From Utricularia gibba (taxonomy: Eukaryota > Plantae > Magnoliophyta), in contig CM007990.1 of the NCBI GenBank assembly GCA_002189035.1, forward strand, positions 3,410,001 to 3,474,000: 64,000 nucleotides of DNA, given 5' to 3'. Positions within the stretch are counted from its first letter, which is position 1. Each line of letters opens with the position of its first letter. Shown here piece after piece: positions 42,101-55,200 of this stretch. The notes below the pieces were generated by a model that worked only from the letters and a program-made list of their open reading frames with translations, did not search any database and was not told where the DNA came from. Made by a program: the position numbers and the translations under genes.

Positions 42101-42859
42101 AGGCAAGAAGGGCAAAGGCCCCACCAACTTCACTTGGCTTATGCAGCAGAATAAGGCTTACTAATAGGTTCAGTTCAAATGATACCTACATGCCCGCTGG
42201 GGTCACAATCCCGCTACTGTCGGAGTTACTCAATGCAATCAATGTGAAAACCAACCGCTATGTCTAGTATGGGCTGAAAAAAAATATTTTTTTTTTGAAT
42301 CTATATATGCACTTTACAATAATTCGTTTCATTGTAATTCATTCCCTTAAAAGTAATTGTTTAATTTCATACAATTTCAATCTTTAGAACATATATTTTT
42401 AATTTAAAATATCCATTTTCATAAACACACTTTTCGTTATAAAAACCATCCGCAAGCAGAAAGTACATACAAACACGATGCTTGCGGTTCTTCAATAAAA
42501 AAAGTGTTAATCACTGAGAAATGCCACAAGTAGCACATATGTGCATTCGAGGTGTTTGTGAAAATATTAACATTTTTTAATACATGTGTTTTTGTGGAAT
42601 CGGCAATGCACTTTGGTGGCATGATGAAATTTTAAAGTACTAGAGCGAAGACCCCTTCAAAAATACATCCATGTGGACTGGAGGAGATAGTATCTAAATA
42701 AAAAAGGTTGGATAGACAAGTTCCTTAAAAACGAGAGATAACGAATAAAAGTATATTGATATTGGCGTATTTTCCAAAGTTTCTAGCACACACTGTAAAA
42801 TAAATTTCATTCTCTTATTTTCTGATTTCAAAATGAAAATTTTTGATATGTCATTCATT

Positions 42860-44150
42860 ATAAGTCTGTTGGTCCTGCGATCCCTAAAAAGGCACCAGCC
42901 AAGCAAGTACCCACTGTAAACAAGGCAGTCGAGACGGGCAAGGTATGCATCTCTTGTTCATCTTTTTTCCTGTCGGCCCTCCTTTCTGAGTGTCATTGTG
43001 AGGCGAAACTCAATCAATAAGAAGGTCTGCTCCTCATGACATAGAGTACACTTTGGTCCCATTGAAGAGGTTAGTGCGAGGCCCCAAGGAGACACTTAGC
43101 AAGGAAACACCCATCCTCCCCTCATCCATCTCGACCGTCCTCCCTTCGTGTGTCGTAGAAAGGTAGTTTTTGGTGGTCTCTACATCCAAAGATTTGTGAA
43201 ATTTTATTTTCATGTATACCATGAAATGTACCATTACCAAAACATTAATTCTTGTTCTAAGATGACATTGTAAATCATTTGGGATCGCACCACAATGAAC
43301 TCAGTAATAAGACAAGTAAATGGTAATACAAAAAACAAGAAAATTTGAGGATGTTAACACACCAAAAAAGGTTGATGATAAGATAATATATTCTCCCATT
43401 TTAATAAAAAGTCGCTGACCCCCACCAGATTGCATGAGGAATGTCAACCTAACATTGTCTCGGCCTATGGAATCCTAAACGATGCGGTATACACGTTATT
43501 GGGTGGTTGTGAGGAAATTCGTGTCACGTTAATCTCATGTTACCACTGTATGTCGAATTCTGACTCTCCCCTTCCCTGAGGCCTCTTAGGCAAAGCCCGA
43601 TGATCAAGTGACATGAGAAATGGAAGGGAATATCAGCAAGGATTTCATGTTATTTTTCCTTCCCTGTAGCATCTGCCAAATCAAGTAAGAAAGTAGAAGA
43701 TGGAAAACTTGTCCCTTTTTGGCTTGACCGCACCGTCTAGCAACTTGGTCAATCATCGGTGTAGAGGGCACCTCTAAGCGCCCATGGCTTAGGCGTTGGT
43801 AGAGCTTTGGTGGTCGGCGTCGAACTATCCAGTGATACCACTATCAACCCACTCACCCTTTCCTTACTCGTCATTTGGCTGCTCCTCCCTAACCACCATC
43901 TAGATGGTCATTGTTAAGTGTTCCCCTGCATCACAGAGAACTCTGCACTCAACCAAGACACTTGTCTTCCTGAGCACTTTCTGTCTACAACTTTATTATT
44001 GGGTGTTGTTCGACTGGGATATCTCTACTAAGCATTTCCTACCCAAACCCTCACTAACGAGCACTACTCTACCTGGTAGTACTTCTCTTCAGGAGCTTCA
44101 CTATCTAGACACTTCCTGCCCCAAGTGATTCTCTCCCTAGAGACTACTCT
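42860..44150 (+). pseudogene. Possible highly decayed LINE (L1) endonuclease region
   Basis: Faint motifs in the right order across frames: ISKDFMLF (~GDFN), WLDRTV (~RLDR), SSD, WLLLP (~WL.HP). Weak, and could be non-TE sequence. Confidence 0.25.
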
Positions 44151-45783
44151 TTTGTGATTTTTTTATTATTATTGTTGGTTTTTATGACAAAAAATATGTA
44201 TATTTGAACAAATTGATGATTTTTATTGGAAATGTATGTTTTAATGCATAAAAAATGGTGTGAATAGAGCATTAGTTTTAAATGAATAAAGTACAATTAA
44301 TTAAATAAATACGAATTATTGTACAGTGTACATATAGGATAAATGCAAAAAAATAAAGCCTATTTTTTAGAATAGGTTGTTTTCAACACATACTCAACAC
44401 ATGGATGGTTTTGGATTTGAAAACTCATAATGGCATGTGCCATTCATTGCCTCCTACTCTGTGAATGGCGTGGAAAGGTATGATTTATACAGATATTTTC
44501 ATTGAATTCTGATATGAGACAAAAAAATAAACCAATCAACACTAACTTTTTAGGGAGCTGGAAAGCCTCCAGTTTAGGCCAGTGTCTCTAGAGATGAATC
44601 TTCCAACCCTAAACACACTAAATTAATATTGAATATATTTTTCGCTGCCACAAGATGTCTACTTTTGTAATTTATCCCGATCAAACGAGTCCACTTTGGA
44701 TGAACAAATCTCTTCCACTTCCATATGCAAAGAGCCTGGTATCTATTACCTTCTATGTTGCTCTTGGAGATCGAATGTAATTTGATAAGATTTTAGGGTT
44801 TTTCAATTCACCAATTTTTGCCACATTTTTTTTATCACTTCTGATGACCAGAAATAGCCAACAATTAAAGCAAACAATTTTTCCATCAGCAACACTATCA
44901 TAAGATGTTTGCCAAAATCTGAATGGGATCTTATCTTGTTCGTTGAGTAGCAGGAGTTGGTATGCAGCGCATTGGCGTCAATGGGGAGGGAAGGACCACT
45001 CCACATAACACATCACGGAGGAGATGAGGTGGTGAGGGCCGAACCAAGCTGGCCATTAAACACATGCAATACCTTATGTATGGTCCTCACCCCTTTACAA
45101 ATATAGCCTCTTGGTAGTTACTTTTCTACCTACAAACACACAACTATATCCGTATTTGATAATTCACACAATGAGCTTCACACAACCGGACATGCACATA
45201 CTAACCCATCCAAAACGCGTAGGCGCATGTGCCCAACGAACCTGCTTAAGATGTTACATGATTGCAAATCGTGTTTTTTCATTGCGGCAAGTTATAATAT
45301 CGAACTCGGAAGTTTAGAGGGCATGTGAGTACAACCAACACGTCTTTAGAAATTGTGTGTTGTAACACGAATTGTACAACAAACTTAGATGGATACTTGT
45401 GTCCTTTAAAACGAAAGGATACAACAGTTTAGATGTGGTGCGTATGTGTTGTATTAAAGAAAGATGTAGAAATCATAATGAATGTGTCATCTTATGAGGT
45501 GAAGGGTTTGGTTTCCAATTTACTGTCCCCTTCTGAGCCATTCATGTTTTATTTCTGAAATACGTAATAAATTATATTATAAAATAAGTACCACTTATTT
45601 TTCTTTAATGTTCATTTCCATACACTTCCATTGATCACCAAACAGTGAACTAACTGTTTTATGTCCTACCAACAACTCATACTGCCTCCATCTCCTTTTC
45701 GCTCCCAAAACTCCTCTTTGTTCTTTCCCACTTCTTCCTCAACCGTAAACCACTTCCCTTTTTCTCCTCATTCCTTCCATCTG

Positions 45784-46346
45784 ATGGACAACACAGAAAT
45801 GCAAACTCGTGACTTCATGAGTGTCACTTCCTTCTCACAACTTCCACTGGTTCGCCCTCAACCCCCAAAAGCAACATCAAACTCTTCGGCAAGGAATTCC
45901 AATGCTCCGCCGATGAAAAGGTCAAAGAAGAAGAAGATGAGGAAGGTAAAAATAACAGCAGGATTTTAAAAAGCAGCAGGAAGTTTGAGTGTCACTACTG
46001 TTGTAGAAACTTCCCAACTTCTCAAGCTTTAGGGGGCCACCAAAACGCCCACAAGAGGGAGCGTCAGCATGCAAAGAGGATGCATCTTCAATCACCTTTC
46101 TTGCCTGAAGCATATGCTGCAGGGATTGGGACTGGATTTGTATCCACACCAGGTTTCTCTATAGCTTATAATCATCACAACTCATGGATCAGCAGCAGCG
46201 GATATGGGGCAAGCAATCTGGTGTATCAAAGAGGATACATAACGAATACGATCTCTGACTCGACGTCCATGGCAATTCAGAATGCGAATGCTCATTACAA
46301 AACAAATGGAGGCAGAGATCAGTTGAGTTTGGACTTGTGCCTTTGA
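45784..46346 (+). CDS. GIS-like: Single C2H2 zinc-finger/EAR transcription factor of the GIS/GIS2/ZFP8 clade, about 187 aa if the -1 frameshift at 45862-45870 is corrected
   Basis: The N-terminus MDNTEMQTRDFMSVTSFSQLPLVRP matches the clade motif DFMNVESFSQLPFIRP. The shifted frame continues KSNIKLFGKEF..RKFECHYCCRNFPTSQALGGHQNAHKRERQHAKR and ends in the EAR motif LSLDLCL*. Confidence 0.92.
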
Positions 46347-49300
46347 TGTTTATTGGGTTGTTATTTGTGGGTGTGCAACAAAATAGAGGGAGCATGCAGC
46401 AAAGAAAGACTCTCTTTGCGTTTAGGAGCCATCATTTTTAATGTTTTTTTTATGATGTTTTGGTGTGGTGTATGAGATCAGGAGAAGAGATATGGCAGCC
46501 CCCACTTGCTGTGCTACTTCTCTTTCAATTCTGATTTTTCACATTCTCTTGTCTACCTTCGGATCAATTATGCCTACAGATTTACAAAAGGATTCCTATG
46601 CTGTAGGACTGCTCTCTTCCTACATCAAAACCAGATACAAGTTCTAATTTCTAAATACCATGCATTGATTAAAAATGTAAATACGGGTCTGACGGCCATA
46701 GAATTGCAGAAGGGTTCCATTGGGGTTGGGATTGCTATATTCCTACTGCAAAGCCAGATGCAGGCTCTAATGTCTAAATGGCGCACATAACGTGAATAAG
46801 AATGAAAAGATGAGTCAGATGACCATATCCATTATTACAAAAGAGTCCGATGGGGGTGTTCAGTTTTCCAGGCTTTCATACTGTAGACCTGGAAACAACA
46901 CACGATTCAACTTATAAAATAGACCCACTGCATCAACAACATGGCCATCACATTCCATTGACAACAACTCATTAAATGTGAAGAAACAGAACCAGCTGGT
47001 GAACTCTGCCCAAAAATTCAAATCCTGCATTACCCAGTTCAACGTACTAGAATCATTATTCAATTGCCTTGTTGAGTAGCTCAATTGAATGAATATCCAA
47101 TATAATATTTCTTCCACTCCAAAAAGACAACAAGATGCCGCATGCAGTATGCCTCTCAGATCTAACAATTGAATGAAAGAGACGCAAACCTCATTTTCTA
47201 GGTTAGGGAGGTGGATGATGACACAGAAGATTAGGGTTTTTGTAAGAATTTGACATGTGCACATGAAATCCAAATTCACAAAAAGAGTTTTCATCTCATA
47301 ATTATAATTAACATATAGATTCTTATAAATTATCAAAATTCAATGCCCTTTTCCAATGTTATATACATATTTCTAACTATCTTGAGTGGGAAGTGTTGAT
47401 ATGGAGATTTCATGCTACTATAAAAATGAAGTTTTTCAGTATCGCAGATTCTGAGTTCTCTAATCCACCAAACAGCACCAGTCATTCCTAATTCTGCAAT
47501 CAGGTGTGTTGTTGTATGCGGGATGGATACACCGGGCATTTTGGCCTGTTGAGTTTTTTTGGTGAAAAGGACCTCGTAGTGCGTGTGTTGAGATCTGCGC
47601 CGCCAGAGTTAATGAATGTGGAACATCTGAAAGCCTATGAAGGCGTAGTTCATCATCATCATCGTCGCAAAAAGTGTGCTGTCCCAATCGTTTGTTGACT
47701 GCACTGCATCCGCCGCCATGCCCAACACCTAGAACTCTGCCCCGCTGCCCACCTAATAACTCAACCCCTGGCTGCATTGCATGCATCATCGCCACCATCA
47801 TTTTTCTTTTTTCTTCCCATTTGCCAATGCGAAGCCTCCGTTAGGTTAGTTATTTAAGCTTTAAAATGGATTATGGGGAGTGATTTCAATTTTGTCTTTT
47901 TTTGATTCGGAGCATGGGAGTGCTTGATTTCATTGTCTTTCTTTGAGTGGGGGTTGTGGTACATAGAAGCAGAGGGAGAGGTGGAGGGGAGGGGCAGGTG
48001 AATAATGCAATGCAAGACAACCATCAAAAGCCCCACGAATTGAAGAGATGAGGCAGTGGGAGAGCAGAGACTGCCCCCGTTGCAGACGCTAATGATGTTA
48101 ATAATTCACAAAGACGAAAGGGCTGCAGGACAAACCCAAATCACAGATGCTATTTTTATTTCTACGGATCAGGACACACAATCAACAACGACACTTGAAC
48201 AGCAACTCCACAGACACAGACAGAGAGAGAAAGATTTTTCATTTTCACAAGATATTAACCTGGAGCCACCGTTCCGACCAACTTTTCAAAAAATTTAAAA
48301 AATTATTACGAAAGCTCATCTATAAATATTATATATATATGTGTATGTGTTTCACACAACTTTTTTACCTCAGTTAAATATTATTCAAATAATCTTCATA
48401 CACTTTCTTTTTTTACATTTATTTTACATTTTTCATTCCAACATGTACATTATTTTCCAAATTGGGCAATTAGCGAAAAAAAAATTCTTATAAAGTCCAA
48501 ATTTTGCCTCAACTACTTGAAAAAAATTGTACATTTAATCTACAATAGCATAATTGGTTCGCAATATTTACCATATAAGGTGCACTTGGTCCTCAATATT
48601 TATTGTGTTAGATAGGATCAATCCCTACATTTTGACGTATCATGCATTTTTTTTGTTTCTACTGTTTAAATATCAAGCATGGTTGGTTCTCATTATTTCA
48701 TATCAAACATATCTTATCCCCATTGTTTTTCAATTTTGAAAAATTGATCACTTAGTCAAAGTGACATGACACGTCTTGATTATTTAATTTACACATGCGA
48801 TTAGTGGCCACTATTTGAGTAGATTAAATATTTGTGTTTCCCATGGATCAGCATATTTTCTCAATATTTCTGAGTTTAGATAATTGGTGAGTTTTTTAGT
48901 AAAATTAACTGTTTTAATTTGAATTTTAATATTTTAGTAATATTACTAGTATTTACGTTTTTGTATGAATTTCAATAATTTAGTTAATTTTATATTTTAA
49001 ATATGAATTTTCTAATCTTAGTAGCAGATTTATTGAATCATCAGGCAGAGTTTGTATCCAAAAATCAAAGTCGATGGCAGGAAAACAAAAGCAGGAGCAA
49101 AAATGGACAATGTTGCAAAATGGGAAAATTTCATAAAAGCCATTAAACATAACACAAGTTTTCAATTTTTTCATCAATTTTTTTTTCACTAAAACCATTA
49201 AATATTTAAAATCGTTTCATGATTATTTTTAGTAAAAAAAAACCGGTTTATTCAATTTGTCCAAACCAGCAGCTAGATCGGTTTAATCAATGTAGAACTC

Positions 49301-49409
49301 AATTTATTATTAAAAAATAAACAATATTTTCCATTCTTTTTTACCACTCATTTCATTGCTTTCGCACAAGATTTTTTTCATTTAGCTATGAAGAAGCATT
49401 GCATTGAGA

Positions 49410-49988
49410 ATGCCAAGAAATCAAAATGCAAGAGACAAGGTCTTCAATGATGAAACGAGTATGTTATTAGCCAGTGAAAACGAGACTTTTATGTTCAAAC
49501 TTCATGTTGGTGGTAAAGTAGATCTTCAATCGAATTTGTACATTAATGGAATTCAGCATTTGGTGGGATTGTATGGTGTTTCTGAATTTCCACATAATAT
49601 GCTTGCTAGATTGGTTTCAGATTTGGGGAATTCTGGAAAAATTAGAGTTTTCATGAAATGGGTAAATGTGAGTGAAATTTTGTATAATTTGTTGGTTGAT
49701 GATGATTACAAATATGTACAACAACGCCTCCTTGAATTGGAACCAGTTGAAATTTTTATTGATATAGTAGATGAATGCGAAGCCGTGGATGAGGTTGGTA
49801 AATCTATGACTGAGAAATTACTAAATGATTTCTCAAATGATATCTCTAACTTGAGAGAAAATACAGAAGTTGATGTTGTTTTTCAGCAAATGTGGGCAGA
49901 TTTAGATGCAAATATTATTGCAAATGAAAATATATATGATGAGGTAAATGCTGATGTTGACTCGGAATGTAGTGATATAGAATTTTGA
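49410..49988 (+). CDS. MULE-borne ORF: PB1-like N-terminal region of a MuDR-type protein plus acidic tract
   Basis: FMFKLHVGGK..LYINGI..LVSDLGN..LLVDDDY..VEIFID fits the LHHGG.F..Y.GG..LGY..L..D.D..VEIYVE pattern of plant MULE N-termini. The frame continues past TGA 49986-49988 into ORF 49998-50255. No DDE or SWIM domain was seen. Confidence 0.6.
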   Translation: MPRNQNARDKVFNDETSMLLASENETFMFKLHVGGKVDLQSNLYINGIQHLVGLYGVSEFPHNMLARLVSDLGNSGKIRVFMKWVNVSEILYNLLVDDDYKYVQQRLLELEPVEIFIDIVDECEAVDEVGKSMTEKLLNDFSNDISNLRENTEVDVVFQQMWADLDANIIANENIYDEVNADVDSECSDIEF

Positions 49989-50518
49989 GCTGATGAGATG
50001 TATCAGTTTTATAAGAATGAAGAGCTGTTTTCTAACTACGATAATCACAATATTGAGCTTGATGGATATGATGGGACCATTGTTGCCAAACTTGCACATG
50101 ATAACTTGAACATGGATGCAAATATTGCTGTTAAGGCTAATTTAAGTTTTTCCATAATCAATTATATATTTTTTAGATATCACAAATTATGTCACCTGTT
50201 AACGCACTTATCATTATCAAAGGAGGTCAAAATTTCATCACCCTTTCAAACTTAAAAAATTCAGTGAATGTGTTCCATGCCAAAGATGGTGTTAATTAAA
50301 CATATGATTGTAATATTGCTTATGTTGTTTATTTGATTGATTGCACTCTTATTTCAAGGTATTTGAATAATATATTTTTCTGCATTGGGAAAATACTTAA
50401 TATAATCTTATTATAAAAAATAATTTTAGGCGTATCCAATATTTTATGTTATTTTTTAAAATTTGGAGCTTATAATTAAAGTACCAAGTGGTAAAAATAA
50501 AAATAAAAACTTATAAAT

Positions 50519-51710
50519 TATTAAGTGTCATTTTCTAGTTATTATTATAGATTATTATATGTTAATCTAATATTAAGTCACTCAATTTAGGATTTATATT
50601 GATAAGTATTTTATTTTCTTAGAAAAATCTTTTTTTTCTATTTTATATATATTTTCAATATGTTTTTCATACACTTTGACCGAAATGTGAGAGGAGACAA
50701 TAGTGGAGTGTTGTAGGATGCTTGCAGAAGACCAGACACTGACGTTTCACGCCTTGCACGTGACTTGAAGCAATTATGGGCAGAAGACTGACACTAGTTA
50801 AGATCTTTGATTTACGGTATATCAAAGTCTGCAACAATGAATGATGGAATAATTGTGAGCGGAAGACTTGCACGCATCGGAAAGTTGTTGGCACACGTAA
50901 GACACAAAGAATGATGGAAGGGGAGCAAAAGAGTTAATGCATGTGGGGACTGAGATTAAACCAACTTGGAATAATTTCTTTCGAACTTTTGACACTTACT
51001 TTTTGCACTTAGGATTTTTGGATCTTCATCTCTTCCAAGGGAGGAAGAATACTTTAACTTTCCATCTCTTTTTCTGTTTTCATGGCTATTCGTGGCTAAA
51101 CTCTTTTAGTTTTTAGGAGTAGATGAAGTTTACTTCCAAATATTGAATACTAATCTCGTTTTTCTACTGAAATTCTTTTGGATTTTGCATACTTCCACAA
51201 GTCTTGTTGCAGTCTTTATGTAACATCTTCTAGTCAAGATCTATGATTAACAAGCTACTTCTTGCGGATTTTAATGAAGAGCAATGTGAAGAGTACCAAC
51301 TCCAACCTACTGGTTTGAGGGAAGTACCAAATTGTTTGTGACCGAGGTAACGCGACAATGGATAGGTAATGATCTCGTACCTACTATTGGTCATTGGCAA
51401 CAGCTGGGCGAACACGCACAATTCGGTTTTGAAGATAATCGACGACAATCCTCTTATCTTCTTAATCATCTAAGGGGGAATCATATGAGGTGATTCTCGT
51501 GCCTCCATAACCAGCTATTCGAAAGGAATTAATGAAAGCCAAGACAAGGATAGACAAAAAAATGAAAAAGAATACATTTCCCAAGAACTGCAACCCTTAG
51601 TCAAGGTCCATTACTTAGATTGTATCTTTTATTTCTATACTTTAGAAACCTTCTTTTACAATTCCATGACAATTTGTAAAAGTTTTCTACAAAACACTTT
51701 TTGCAAAACC
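50519..51710 (+). mobile_element. Family A LTR inside the MULE, 3' end deleted
   Basis: Reverse-complement match to 26980-28180 (for example GGAGTGTTGTAGG and CAACCCTTAGTCAAGGTCC). It breaks off about 100 bp before the normal end, directly into the MULE right TIR. Confidence 0.8.
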
Positions 51711-52293
51711 GATTTTTATGTATCAGTTGAAATTGAAACGGTTGTTATGTATTTAATGGTTTTAATGAAACAAAAAAATTTGATGGCAAAACTGAAATCG
51801 TGTGTTATTTTTAATGGCTTTAATGAACTTTTTCCATTGCCAAATGGATAAACAAATTAAGTCTACTAACACATCCCACATCTGTACATGCATAAACTAT
51901 GCTTGTATCATATGAAAAACAGCACACAAGTGTAGTTTATGTATAATTCACATGCACAACATATATATATATACATGGACATAATTTATGTGTAATCCAT
52001 ATAATTGATTTTAAGGGTTTGATTTGTTTTTATTATAAATGATACATTTTTATCAAATTAAAATTAAAATTTATATAATGTTGAAAAAATTAGTTATTTT
52101 TTATTATTTAATACTACTTTGGAATTAATTTTAATTTTATAAAAAAAATATAAATTGATGTGAAGATGAGTTGAACTTTCAACGAGTAATTTCCAAAAAC
52201 AAAATATAATCAAATTGATCACAAGCATAGATTATATACAATTTATGGCCTCTGATTATATATTTATAGGGTTTAAAATATAAAGTATGAATT

Positions 52294-55200
52294 TCATAAA
52301 TGGAAAATTTTATTATTATTTCAATATAAATAAAATTCCATATCAAATAAATTTATAAGATCTAATCTTTAAAAAATACAAATCAAAACACTAATTGCAA
52401 AGTAGAATTTCGGGATTGATTACAAAAAGTGAATGCTTGCTATGTGTCTTAGGGTATGCAGGATTAGAGAATGATTTCAATCTTAGTCTAAGCTCAAACT
52501 AACCGTGACTGTCTAAAGTCAAGTTAGAGAGTAGACAATAATAAGTATTGTTTCTAAGATGACTCAAAGTTGTAAATGTGATATGGTAATAAGGTCTTTA
52601 ATTCAATTTACAATATTTCTATTTGCATAATTTTAGACAACCTGAGTCTATCTATGTCATTTCTCATGTTTTTGATTCAAATACCCCTAATATCATCATT
52701 CATTTCACACTTAGGTTTACCCACATATGAAGTATGTAGAATTAGGTCTATCCGCTTTTATTGGTTCTATTTAGAACTAACTCTTATTATCATCACATTG
52801 ATTTGTAAGTTTACCTTTAAATCAAGCATCTATGTTGTGAATCTATTTGTTTCCCTCTTTAGATCTATTCGAGCAATGATAAAAATGAAAACTATGACAT
52901 AATGATTAATTGCCTTATGAACCCTACTTCACATCACCTATTCACACTTTAAGTCATATGTTAAATGTTATTTTCTATATAATTATTATATATTATTTCA
53001 TGTCAAATCAGGATTTATATTAATAAGTACTTTATTTTATTAAAAAACTTTAATTATTGTTATTTGGGCATATCTTTTTTTGTGTGTTTTCACCAAAGTG
53101 GTAGAAGGAAGTCTTTGAGTATTGCAAGAGACATGCAGGAGATAAGACACTCATATTTTGTGACTTGCACGTAGTTTGAAGCAATTACGGTGGAAGACTG
53201 ACACTAATCATAGCTCCTAACTTATGACATGTTAATGTCTACAACAATGATAAGGTACTTATTTGTAAAAATGGAAAAGCTAGTTGAACAAACAAGATAG
53301 AAAGAATGATGGAAAAAAAACAGATAAAGTTATTGCACTTGGGAGTGAATTAAAGAGAACTTGGAACACTTTGGAATGGACTTTTTTTCACACTTTGCTT
53401 TTCTCACTTGAACTTGTTCTTTTCTTTCCACCAAAGGAAGGAAGAACATTTTAACTTTGTGTTTTCATTTTCTATTTTTCATGGCCATTTATGGCTAAAC
53501 TTTTTTAGTTTTTAAGAATAAATGAAGTTTCCTTCCACATATCGACCATCAATCTTAGTTCTTTGCGGAATTTCTTCAAAATTTCACATATTTCCACACA
53601 TCATGTTGTAATCTCTGTGTAACGTCTCCTAGTTACAGTTCATGATCAAGGTGAAGAGCACCGTCTTCAACCGTATTGGTTTCAGGGAGATGTCGAATTA
53701 TTTATGACTGAGATATTGCAATAATAGATAGGTAGTGACCTCGTACCCACCATTAGTCATTGGCAATAACTAGGCACACATGCAAAATTTTGTTTTGAGT
53801 AGCCTATTCCTTGCTCCTACAACCAGTTATTCGGAAGGAATTAGTAAAACCCGAGGCAAGGATAGACGAAAGAAGGAAATGGAATCTCCTTCATAGGAAC
53901 TGCAACCCTTAGTCAATATCCATTACTTGCATTGTATTTCAAAAACTCTTTTTACAAACCTGTGACAATTTATAAAAGTTAAGCACAAAACAATTTTCGC
54001 TAAACTTAAGTTCCTGAGATTGACACTCATACTGTGTTTATTTGTATTCTATGTTTTTCTAATTAAAATTTATTGAGAAAAAGACATGCAATAAATTTTG
54101 GGTACCATTTCCAGGGAGTTGTATATTTTTGTGTTTGGTTTTGTCTATAGTTTTTCTTTTTCCTTTCTTTTTCTTCATTTCTTCTTCTTTTTCTTTTGTT
54201 TCTATTTTGCCGTTTTTCTGTTTTTATGCATTCAGCTCTACTGAAGGATCATAGAAGCTTGAGATCATACCAAGAGGCTTTGTGTCCCTCAAATTTGGAG
54301 ATTGAATGCAAATTTCTTGTGAAAAAGCGAGAAGTAACTTCCAGTTCATCTACTGATGAAGACATGGCCACTCATTCACTTATGGAATCCCCATGATTCA
54401 TGTAGGATAGGAGCAACAACATCCTAAAATTTTTCTAATTCTAACGATCACTAATCCCAGCCTAACACTAAGGATAATTAAAGAATTACTTCAAATCCCC
54501 CTAAATGACCACTCTACATCATTTTTTATGTGGAAGAGGACTTTGGGCTACACCCATATCTATTTCAGACACTTCTAAGTTCATTGGGAGAGAGAATGAT
54601 GACCCAAATCACCATTTAAGAGAGTTGCACACAGCTTGTGCTTTCATACACCCAAAGGGTGCAACGAAGAACCAAGTTAAGTTGCAAGTCTTCCCTTTCA
54701 ATCTCACTGAACAAGCCTTGGAGTGGCTGTATGAGCTGTCTCCCTGATCTATTGCTACCTGGGAGCAAATGGTTCAAAAGTTTCTTGATTTATATGCACC
54801 CTTAGGGAGAGCCTCCGCTGAAAGAAGAGTTTTATCAATCATGCAACAAAGTGAAGGAGAGAATTTGTCAGAATATTATGATCGATTCAACTGGATCTAC
54901 AATACTTATCTACAGCGTGGACTTACGTAAGGTCAAAATTTGCAGCATTTTTACAAGAAACTGACCCCCATAATTAGAGGATAAATGGATGCCATCTGTA
55001 ATGGGTTATCACTAGAGAATCGCCACAACACTGACGCCCGAAGATTGATCAAGCAAATGGCTGCTAATTCTTATTCCACCTCTAGTCTATATGACCACTT
55101 ATATCGAGCACCTGGAGGAAATTCCCAGCCAATAAAAACAGTGTAGGAAGTGGACAATTTTGATGTTTTAGCTCAACTTGGTGTCTAGTGATTCTTTGAA

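Larger units (their letters stand above)
49122..51836 (+). mobile_element. Non-autonomous Mutator-like element (MULE)
   Basis: Inverted repeats of about 110 bp (GGGAAAATTTCATAAAAGCCATTAAA at 49122 and TTTAATGGCTTTAATGAACTTTTTCCA ending at 51836). 9-bp TSD TTGCAAAAT/TTGCCAAAT (8 of 9 match). Confidence 0.85.

Noticed and set aside
42450-42487. 9-bp inverted repeat CCGCAAGCA/TGCTTGCGG
   Set aside because: It is a single short hairpin with no TSD or second copy, and could occur by chance in 64 kb.
46860-47336. 158-aa minus-strand ORF
   Set aside because: The composition is typical of translated AT-rich non-coding DNA, the start is non-ATG, and there is no domain. It is retained only as part of the possible antisense transcript.
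47990-48009. Resemblance to miR530 (TGCATTATTCACCTGCCCCT on the minus strand)
   Set aside because: It needs a gap and two mismatches, and I found no complementary star arm to form a hairpin.
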